A DNA stretch of 32,325 bases from Platydemus manokwari (Eukaryota): NCBI GenBank assembly GCA_037951405.1, contig JBBMOY011211431.1, positions 1 through 32,325 of the forward strand. Direction: 5' to 3'. Below are positions 11,001 through 23,000 of this stretch, piece by piece. Made by a program: the position numbers and the translations under genes. Below the pieces are notes generated by a model. That model did no database searches. It saw only the letters and a list, made by a program, of their open reading frames with translations, and was not told where the DNA came from. Position 1 is the first letter of the stretch, and every line of letters starts with the position of its first letter.

Positions 11001-14000
11001 GGGATTTTATGAATCTGAGCAAGGTACTTTCAAAATGGAATTCAACGGTGAAGCGACATGGATGAAAATGAGATCAATGAAAATCGCAAGTAATCTCAAT
11101 TATCAAGACCTATTTGGATTCCAACATCAATTTTCTCTCAATCGAGACAGTGCAGTGATCTATTCGCACAATTTCGCCTCTCAAAAGAAATCCATCAAAC
11201 TGAAATTTCTGATTCCCAGCTCTGATTTCAAAACCATTGAAGCAGAATTCATGGAAAAAGATAAAGGAAAAGTGACGGAAAAAGAATTGTTCATAAAAAT
11301 GGGAGAAAGATATCTGATCAGATTTGATAATACCTTGACGAGAAAATCAACACAAGATTTCAATCGATTGGAAGTTGATTTCAAATCCAAGATATTCTCC
11401 GATTTTATCAGGACGAAGGAACTAAACAGCCAAGGATCGATTGTCGTTCATAATCGATATATTAAATTCGACATGACAACAACCGGATTGATGACTTTTT
11501 ACCAACTGTTTACTGAGATCAATTGGGAAAAGACAAATCAAAAATTCCACTTCTCCGTTAAATCCAAATATCCAGCCATTGATCAATTCCTTTTGTACTT
11601 TGAAAACTCACTTCCAGAAAACAACAAATCACTAATCAATAAAATCGACATCAATCTCAACGACGTCTACAAATTGAACAGTAAAATCACAATCGAAAAT
11701 CTTCAACAGATCGATGTGGATTTTAATCTAAAACATCGCAATTTCTACAAGTATTTGAAACTCAAGCACAGCATCAATCTTATCCAATACAATCATATAT
11801 TCGACACGAATATTTTCGGAAAGAGATTTAGATTGATGAATACCGTTCAACATCGAGGAGGAGTTGTAGTGAATACGAAATTGAACGCAGATTTCCGATA
11901 TTTGAAATCATTCGAATTGTTTTTCCGTCAAAGCAAACAATTCGAAATCATTGTCGCCTATCGACCACAGAGAGATTCAAAGGGTGATCATAAGTTCAGA
12001 ATCAATTACTCCAATTTGAAAGGTCTCTACAAGCTCAATATCGATGCCAGTTCGTTTTTCCAAACCGAAATCAATTTAGATGTCCACCAATTCCGAAAAG
12101 TATTTTTTGAAATCAAAACACCATCCAACAAGAAACCTTTGGTGAGATTCGATTTCAAATACGATTCCGATCAAAATTCAATGAAGCATCACAATGAATT
12201 GAAGATAAATATCAACGACAATGAATTTCGATTGAAAAACAAAATAGAAAACGTCAATTGGAGATATGTGTTGCTGGAATCGGAAATGAAATGCTCATAT
12301 CATCGCTTATCGAATTATAAGATCGTATTCGATTATCAATTGAAACCTTCACGATTTATGATGAACTTGAAAGCAATGGCCAATAATGAATTTGTGAAAC
12401 TCTCCACCAATGTCGGTACGAGTTCGAATTCCAAGAACGATTTCAAATTGGAGACGTCGTTTCCAATTCTCAAAGAACTGACTTTTGAAATGAAACAGAA
12501 ATACAGTAACACACAAATGTCCCATCAATGTAAAACAATGATCCAATTCTATGATAGCCTGTTCAAATTCGACAATACCATTGAATGGAGTGGCATAAAT
12601 TATCTCAAAATCGATCTATCAATGTCCGGCAGAATTTCAAACAGTTCATTCTTGATCCATCCGAAATCATTGAAATTCGTTCATCATTTCGACAAAAATA
12701 CCCTGAAAGAAGACTTGGAACTGAGCTTGTCGAAAGATATTGATATCAAATCGAAATTACAAATACCAATACAAACCAAATCCCGATCGTCATTTGAGCT
12801 GGAAACATCATTCGAATGTGTCAGAAAATTGGTTGTGGATCTCGATGTGAATTTCTCGGAAAATGAAGAAAAGTTTGTGTCATTGAAAATTCAGAAAAAT
12901 CTGGAGACGATTTTTTTCACGGAGACAAAATACAAAAACCATAACAAACTCTATCACGTTTATTCGTATTTCGAGTTGTGGAACTCGTACAAAACGGGCT
13001 TTGAAATTGAATTGAATGACTTGGCTTTTGGAACGAAAACCTTGAAAGGACGATTCTACAATCCATCAATGAGAGAATCCATTGTCTTGAATGCCGGTTA
13101 CGATTCATCGAAGAACGATCTGACGATTGCCGTTAGTGGAATGATTGGTGAAAGAATCTATTTGAAAGCCAGAATATCTGATAATCAATACGGTTTCAAA
13201 GTGAAATACGGAAAGAAAATGATCAATATCGAAATGATATCCAATAGAAATGAAAATAATATCCAACACTTTAAATTGGTCTCATTAATTATTTATGAAA
13301 TCAACTACGAATTGTTGTTATCTGGTAATTTGTATAAAATGGCTGGAAAAGTCGATAAAAATTCATTCGAAATCGCTTTCAAACCAAAACGAAACCTGGA
13401 ATTCAACTTCAAAATACTTGATAAGGAGGTTAAAGTCGACTTGAAACGGGAAACAAGATCAATTTATGAAAACATCTTTCTCATTGATGGTACATCGAAT
13501 GTTAACGGATGGAAAGAATTCAGATTCCAACTCAAATCATTTTTTGATCCAACCCGTCGCCAATTGAATGTGAATTTCGATAAGGAAACGAAAACTGTAG
13601 TAAATCTCAATGTCGAACATATAATATCCCAATCGTTCAATATGAAATATACTTCGATCTACAACTATCTCGCTTCTGGAAATCTTGAACTTAACTATGG
13701 AAACTTTCCCACCAAAGCAATGTTGACATTCAACGGCAAAGATTTGAAAAAAGAATTCATCAAAGCCGAATTGAAGTTAAGCGACAAAACATTGAAAGGC
13801 CAACTGACAAGCCCATTTGATTGGATGAAACAAGTGACCGTTAAAGGAAAATTGGATATAAAAGACGACGAAATGAAAGGAAATTTCTTTGTAAGTCATA
13901 ATAAATTGGATAAATCAATCGATGGAGAATTTCGATTGGAGATGAAAGAAAAACTGCTCAACATTGAACTCAAGACTCCATTTTCATATCCATTCAACGA

Positions 14001-17000
14001 AATCAGTTTCAAAAGAGAAATTAAAGACAAACAATACACAGTCGAAATCTCAAACAAACGAGACAAAATGTTGGATTTCAAATTCACCAAACAATCTCAA
14101 CGTAAATTTGAAATCGATCTCGATATCACTCTCGCTAAACCAATGAAAGATCTAACGTTGAGTTTATCTTCCAAGACAGATCTGGAAGGTGATGTCTATT
14201 CAGTCAAATTGGAAGCAAAATCGAATCTGTTCGAAGAAGTCAATCTTGAAATGATTCTGAAGAAAGGCGAAGTTTTAATAAAATTTTCAAATTCATCTAA
14301 AGAAGGACAATTGCAGCTGAAAATGACTCCATACCAATCGACCGGTCTTCAGATCACAACCCTTCTCCAATACGGTGACAGTAAAAATATCGCAGAATTG
14401 GTTTATGAAATTAAAACTCTTAACGATGTGTATGTGAAATATGTCGCTAAATCCAGTACGTTCTTCCCATCATCATCAGGCTTCGAAGCCCATTACAAAC
14501 ACAAATTAGTTTATCCAAATGAGTTTAATCTCGATGCTCAATGTAAATTCAATGACAAAATCATTCTTTACAAATCAATTTCATGGCAAAGACAAGCTGG
14601 CAACAATTTCGATTTATCATGGAAAACCATACTATCGCCCTATGAAAAAGAATATGAAAATCGAATCCAACTAATCGGCAAACGTGGCGAAATCTTCAAT
14701 TTAATCATATCGGCCACAGACATTCTCGATGAACCAATCAATGTTCGTTTTGTTGCCCGACTTGACAATTTAGAATTCGCTCTTCAATCACCATTCGAAA
14801 TGGCCAAGTCACTTCTTTTCACCATTCGAACAGAGCAAAAACCTCAATTGATAACACAAACCATTACATTCGACAGTAATATATTGGGAAAATATCAAAT
14901 GATCAACGAATATCAACTCTTATCAAGCAACAATCATCAATTCATTTCACAAATCAATACACCATTCACCAACAGAAAGGTTTATCTTCAAGTAAATCTA
15001 AAAAATCAACAGGAACAATCAATGAACGTCCAGCTGGAATGGAGCGGTAAAACTTACAGTGCTTACTTGGGTCGTCACCAACAACAAATTCAAATCAAAT
15101 TCAACACACCGTTTGAACATCTTAAAAAGTTTGATTTTGTCATGGCCGACAAAGGTCAGTCGTACGAAATGGAAGCGTTCTACAATGATCATCATGCCAA
15201 GCTCGTTATCACGAAATCCAAAGAAATGTTCGACATCAAGATCGAATCAAACACCGACTACTTTAAAGATATTAAAATTTCAGTTCAGAAAATCAAACGA
15301 GATCAATTCCGTCAATCGATCTCTGTCAAATTGACAAAAGATGAGAAAGATTTCCTGTTGGACTGCGACATGGACAAAGAAAAGAATTCATTGAAATATA
15401 AATCAAGTAATGATCTGTTGTTTTTCTTGCCGAAAACGTTTTCCGGCCGATATCAATATTCATTATCTCCAATCGATTTTCAAGTCGAACTCAAATCGAA
15501 CGATATCGTCTTCTTCGAAATGATCATCAATGAAAACCAGATTCTGTTCAGTAGTGAATTGAAAGTCTTTCTGACATCGATCAGTAAATTGAAAATCAAT
15601 GTAACAAGATCAAAATTCGAATTGATTGTCTTGGCCAATGATGTATTTTCAGTGATCGTTACAAGAACATCAGAACACCAAATCGATGCAACAATCATGA
15701 TCAAAGGCAACCAATATTCAATGAGAACCATTTACCAAAACACATTTGACAAATTTATCACCAAATTATCTATTTACAAAAATACAGTAGATAAACTTTT
15801 GGAAATCAATAATGAAATTGGAAAACGAGAAATATTCATCGAATCATCGATCAGCCATCTATCGAGATCGATTTGGACATTCAAACTCAGTGATAAAGAT
15901 CTAAAAATGAGAACAATTTCCTTAGAAATGAGATTATTTTCCTTGAATGGAGTTACCGATTTGATATGGGACACCAAACCGAATTTGTTCAACGTAAAAG
16001 TATCTTGGAATTATCTCTACGCCGATCAACAAATAGCAATTGGATCGATTGGTTATATCTGGAAGTCGTCCAAACCATTCAATTATCTTCTGAGCATCAA
16101 TTTGCATGAAATGGCTTTACAAGTACAGTTAATGGAAACAGATAATGGTCAAGTGAGATTTCAAATTTTAAGCCCAATCAAAGGTTTTGATATCGATTTG
16201 AAATGGCTGCTGACATATGAGTCGGGTGTGTACAAATTGTTGTGCTCAATGGAAAATAGCTTCACCGGAGAATTCAATGTAAAGAGCTCCATGCGTCTTC
16301 GCAATGATCCAGAAATCAAGTTCATCCTTTCGTCGACCATTCCAATAATCAACTTCAAATTCAATATGATAACATCTGTCGTCAATGAAGTGACATTCAA
16401 TACAGAATTACGAATTTTCGATTGGGAAAAGATTCATTTGAAGGGAAAACTTTCAACAAAAGATTTGACCGAACTGATTGTGGCTTTGAATACACCATTC
16501 CGGATGGCCCGAAATATTCAAGTGGAGAAAACAATCCGATACACCTCAATACTTGAGCAAACATTCAAGATGAAAATCATGTATGAAGGAATTATAAAGG
16601 TTAAATATATGGGAGGACATGAAGTCAATTGGGAAAAGAGGATACTCAAATTCCAGAGTAGTTTCCACAACGAAGATATGAAAATTGTATCATTTGATGT
16701 TGATCATTCCGGTAGACACGACAACCTCGATCATTCGACTATTTGGCAATTCAAAGACAAGAAGTTTGGTGTGAAAATCAATGGTGGATTCAAGCCATTG
16801 TTTGAAGGAAAGACCGAAATAATTACACCGTTTCATCAAGCAGGAAAATTAGTTTTGATCGGCAAACAAATGCAAAATGGAATTCTCATCGAAGCAGGAA
16901 AAGACAAAGAATTATCGTCTTTTGAATATATCAAGAAAAAAGACGTCCGTTTGATAAAGATCACTCCACCAGAACAATACGGTCAATCATTGGGTATCAA

Positions 17001-20000
17001 ATATAAAACTCGACGATTCAAGAGAAGCACTGACAATGAACTCGAATCAGAAATCACATACGGAACTGACAAAGTATTTGAAGTGCTCAGCAAAATTAAA
17101 ATGGACAAGAACAAATACAGTGCCATACTAAATCTTGGGTTACCAAAGCTATCAACGAAATCCGTAGAATTCTCTATCAATCATCAATTCAATGACAAGT
17201 CTCACGATTTTGATCATAAAATCACTGTGAAAGATTCGATTGAAAAGGTTTATCGATTGTTTGGAAATTTCGTCAAGGAAAATTCAAGACACATTAAAAT
17301 CGTTCTGAATTCGGAGCATCCCGAATATGGATTGTACAGTTTATCTCTTGGTCATTCTCTAACTGATAACAGTTACGACAATCACTTCTCATTGAAAACC
17401 GCTGATAAAACATACTGGAATCACAATGGTAACATCAAATTCGATTTCGAAAAGCCTTCTCTCACTGGTGTTTGGAACACACAAATAAATTCCCATCGTC
17501 ACAAATGGACTGCCTCTCATTCGGGTGACTGGAAATCTTTTCTCCAATCAATGTCGTTGGAATATAATGATAAACCGTATCTGAGTTACAAAAGCAAAGT
17601 TATATCACAGGGAAGATCGGAAATAGAAATGGAAATACCCAGCATCAATGGCATGCAAATCAAATTGATTGTTGATGGTCCAGAAAGGAAAGTCCAATGC
17701 TCATTGAAAACCAACTCTTACAATGTACAAGCACAAATCATCAATAAAAATGGAAATCTCCAAATGACATGCCAAAATAATTTCAATCAAATCGCAGCTT
17801 TATCGATTGAATACGGTAAACAACCATATTACATCAAAGGAAATTACTTGAAGAATTCTGGAAGCTTGGAATTGGTATTGGAAAAAGATAAATTTACCTT
17901 GAAAATGGATTCAACATTCCTGAAACTGTCTCAGGTGACATTGGAAGTGACGAAAAATAGTTTTGTAGCTGATGCCAACTATCAGAACAAGCCATACAAA
18001 ATGATTATGAAATACAACTATTCACCAGATTCTGTCTTTGTCACCATGGAAACATCTGTAAAAGCGATCTCGAGACTTGAAGTCCGTGTTTCATCGAAAG
18101 CATGCAAATTGACATTCAACGAATACTTCCAAGAACTCCAATATGACGTCAAGCGAAACCATATTCAAATAATCGGCAACAATAACTTCATGACTCTGAA
18201 AACAATTCTCTTCGATTTACAGCTGGATCTCTACAAGAAAGCACTTCTGACCATTGAATTGAATTCATATGCCACCAAATTTAAGATGGAATATTCCAAT
18301 GATAAATTTATTTTGGAAAATGAAAACAATTATCTCAAAATTCGTTCGGCACAATTTGAATTGGCTCGTAAAATCGACAAAGATCTTCAATATTGGACAA
18401 TGGTCTTGTTGACAAATCAAAAAGAGGCTGTCAGAATTCAATATGAGATTAAAAACCGTCATTATTCTTTGGGACTGGAAAGTTATTTAGGTCATCATCT
18501 GGTTGCATCGTACAATGTACCTGTCAAAGAAATGATTATCAGTTTGAAGAGAAAAGAACAATTTCTTAATATCATTAACAAAATTCAAGAATCGTCAACA
18601 ACAAATTCCAAATCCATCACCATAGAAACCAGTGTTGATACATCATCATTTTATTTACAGAAATTGAACCATCAATTCAAAGGCACGATCACTGAGTCTG
18701 GTTATCAAATGGAACAAACATTGAAATGGGATGGAAAAACCGTCAAGTTTAATGGAATGGTTTCAAAATCTAAAGCGCAGCTGTACATTAGTACTGGAAA
18801 CACCATTTACAGTGGAACGATCTCCACAAAGTCTAACAATGATCTCGATTTGGAACTCATCATTCCAGGACATCATATCAATACCAAATTGAGAAGAGAT
18901 AATAATCGGTATTCATGTGATATCGAATGTAATAAAAAGAACATTTTGAATATCGCCATCCAACAATCACCGGACATCAAGAATTATTTCAATCACGAAT
19001 CCGTATTGTATTATCGAGGAAGAATGGTTTGGAATTTCAATTTAAATACCGACTTCAAGAAGTATAAAATAAAAATGAAGAGTCCAATAAAATTTACTGT
19101 CACCATTGTAAATGATTGGAAAGATCGTGAGAAAATCTCAATGGGATTCCACGTCAAATACGATGAATATCAAAAACCTGTTGAGATCGGTGCAAACGTA
19201 AAATTCCTATCAACGAAAAATCTAAGATCTTTTCAACTGCAATTGGAGAATAGCTACCACATGATCGATTGGAAACGATCAATGAATGATATTGAAGGAA
19301 ACCAAATCACAATAGGACTGAAGAACAAAGAAACAAAAGATCATTGGGAATTGGCGTGGAAAGTAATGAAAACGAAGAACTTTGAGTTGACTTGGAAAAC
19401 TCCAAAGGGCACAAAAGAAATCAAATACAATCAAATAATTGAGAACAATATTCGAACATCAATGGAATTAGATGTGTTTGACAGTTTTAAATTCAATCTC
19501 AAATCCGATAAGAATTTTCCAAACTTATGGAGCGGTTCATTGAGTTTGTTTTCAAACAAAATTGCTTCGATAGAAGTTGGCAAAGAACATGTGAAATTGA
19601 TTTTCAACGATAATGGGCCTGAAAACAAAAGATTATTGTTAAAATGGACGATTTCCACCAAAGGTCAATGGAAAAAAGATTACATACAAGTCAAACAATT
19701 GATTTTAGTACAGAAATCGATGAATATCGACTTGAATATCGTACAAAAAACTCGAATGGAAACATCGGTTTATTCAAAAGAAGTTAAGATCACATATCAA
19801 TTATTAGATGGAACTATGCGGACAATGAAATATGGTGCTAGTGTGGATTTTAGTAAACCCGATTCAGTTACTCTAGAATTACAGAATCCAATTCTTCCAA
19901 TGAAAACTGTTATCAATCGACTCAGACCAGATCCGACCAGTCTTCGATATGAAATGGAAACGCTATTCGATGGAAAAGATCAGATCAGTGGATTCTTTTT

Positions 20001-23000
20001 GCTGAAAACCGATTCAAATCCTGGGGTCACTATGAGACTAAACTACAATCCTCAAGATCGATCCGAATTCGTTCAGATCCATTCTAAATATATCAACGAC
20101 CATGAAATGGAAGCTCATATTTTCACGGAAAAGAATTCAAAGAAAACCACTTACTTTCAATATTTAATTCGACTATTGAATGAATATAATATCGAAACAA
20201 CTTTCGAATGGAAGACATACATGGTGACAAAACTAAGTAAAACGGTAACTAATTATAGGGATCAACTGTTCCAAAGAGCATTGAAATTCTTCAGTGACGA
20301 AATACAATTTCTAAAACCATTTGAGAGATACCAACAAATCCAAAAACTCATTCCAAATTATGACACATTGTTTGAGAAGACGAGCAACGTTTATACACAA
20401 TTCCAAGCCCAGGTGAAATCCTTTTTCGACGAATTCCGCACGATGAAAGAACGAAATGAATTTTTCATCAAAACGATTTATGATGAAGTTTCTCGAACTG
20501 TAAATCTATTAAATTATTATGTTCGTGTGATTGTTGAACTTACAATTCCTATCATCGAATCCATTCAGATCCAGATCATACATGTGATCCAAGCCTTAAT
20601 TGAATTCAGCTTTCAAGTATATAAAGCAGTCTTTCCAGATATAGAGAAGATTTTGATGCCAATCAAATGTGCAGTGAGCCGTTATTCCTATCGAGCTTAT
20701 CAATTAATGACGACAGATATCATCAAATTGTTGGAAAATTTCCGATATTTCATCGAAAGCCAATTGACCAATGTAATGCGAGCAACAATTCAAATCAAAC
20801 GCGTCGCCAAACTATTAATTCTAAATCAGACTTCGAAAATATTGGGAAAAACCATTCAAATCGTCAAATTATTTGTTGGAAAGTTCCGTGAAGGGTCTTT
20901 TGATTTCTTGAAACACGAAAAGGAGTTAAAGATAATATACAACAATTTTATCGATCGATTGGAGAAAGCATCAGAAAATGTAGCTCGAAACGTTCAGTCA
21001 ATTTTGAATCAAGCCGACGATCGACTTAGTGTGTTCAGCAGTGAGAAATATTTCCAATCTTTTGGAATTGATCTGAAATCGTTGTTTCAACAAATCATCA
21101 AAGGATTGAGAGATGACCGATATCAAGAAATAGTGAAAAGATGGATTTATTCGTTGATAGACGATTCATTTACCGATCTTCGAATGAAAATCGAAGAAAA
21201 CACCATCAATGTCATCTGGCCATATGTTGCCGTTTTCGATATGTGTAAAGGTCAACGACTTTATGATGACAAAGATTTCAAAATGGTTTTCAAATTCACT
21301 TCACCAATACCAATTCACGATCTGAAATCAATTCCGGATTTCGGTTATCCAATTCGAAAATTAACGAAAATAGTAAAAATAATCGAGATGAAAATGAAAA
21401 TGGGCTTCAAGAAATTAACTGAAGGAAAGAATTATATGGAATTGAAAGATTGGCTTCTTCCAACATTTCCAAAATTATCACTGCCACAATTTCTTCCAGA
21501 ATTTGAGAGTTACGCAACGATTTCCAAGGCATCTGTGGTTACTTTCGACAAACGATTGTTTCAGCTGACATCTGATTCGTGCCGAGTTTTATTGAGCAAA
21601 GATAATCGATTCAAGAAATGGAGTATTGTATTAAATCAACGAAAAGATGGCCGCAGTTATACAGTCAATATTGGATCGAATAGTATTGAAATATCAGGAA
21701 GTGATTACAAAATTTCATTGAATGGAAAACCGGCGGAACTTCCTCTGAGAATCGGTTCAACAAATCTGATTGGATTGGGAAGAGTAATGAAATTGTATGA
21801 CGAGAATCTTGGATTGACAATCACTGTGGACCCAATGAATGAGATGCTCACAGTTGGTATAATTGGATGGTATCATGCTAAAGTGCGTGGTCTGTTTGGA
21901 AATAATGATAACGAACCTTTCAATGATTTGATGCTTGATGATGATAAAATTGTTGACAGTGACACATTCATGAAAAAATACAATTATAACGGCAACAGTT
22001 GTCAGATAATCCAAGAAAAACCTAATAAACCGAAACAAAGAAAAAGTTGTCCGTTTTTCAGACGATTGGCTTGTAAATTTAACTACAAATTCCCATTTTC
22101 ACCGATGGCAGCTTGCTTTAAAACAGTGGACCCAGAAAACTTCCTGCAACAATGCATGGATAGCACGGAGAATCTCGTCAAATTAGACCACCAAGCCTGT
22201 GAATCAGCCAGACAATACAAGGAACAATGTAGTCATGCTGGAATCAAGATTGATGTTCCGCTTCCATGCCAGAAATGCGATGTTCCAAATGAAAAATCTC
22301 TACCGATTTATGAATCCAGAATCAAAAAGATTAAAGAAAAAGTTTCCGATATTGTTTTCATCATTGACGAAGGAAATTGTTTGAGAAATCTGAAATCTAA
22401 ACTACCAAATATAGTCGAGAGTCTGGAAAGAGAAATGCATGCAAAAGGTATTTCGTCGGTGAAGTTTGGTTTGGTGACATTTGTCGATGAGAAAGAAAAT
22501 CAGGCAACCTTTCACACAGTTGGTCAGAAAATGTTGGGATCCAGTGAAGAAATGATCAGATCAATTCAAGCTCTCAAATCGTCCGATGGAAATTTCAGAG
22601 ATGGAGCTGAAGCGATATTATTAGCATCGAAATATCCATTTAGAGAACACGCGTCCAGACACATTGTCATGCTATCATGCAAGACAACCACTGAATTACC
22701 AATCAAATCTTATATCATCTATGAGAAACTACAACAGAACGCCATTCATTTCAGTTTACTCACAGACTTCTCTTTTCGTTTGAAAGACAACAACATGAAA
22801 TCACTGATTTTCGGAGTGGATTTGAAAAATATTTACAGTCCTCTATCACGAATTGGTGAAAGAAATAACACAATCAGACCCGTAAACGATGTACTTTATA
22901 AGTTGACAATGAAATTGAAGGGTGTCGTTTTCGATTATAAATTTTTGATAAACAACCAACCTTTAACTCAGAAAAGTTTCATCAATACTTTCGTCAGTCA

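Noticed and set aside
11310-11325. TGATCAG as an apoB-48-style APOBEC1 mooring sequence
   Set aside because: Only a partial match to TGATCAGTATA, expected by chance in 16 kb; APOBEC1 editing of apoB is a mammalian feature.
7395-22384. Many short antisense and alternate-frame ORFs inside the giant exon
   Set aside because: They are 60-105 aa shadows of the main reading frame with no recognisable motifs.
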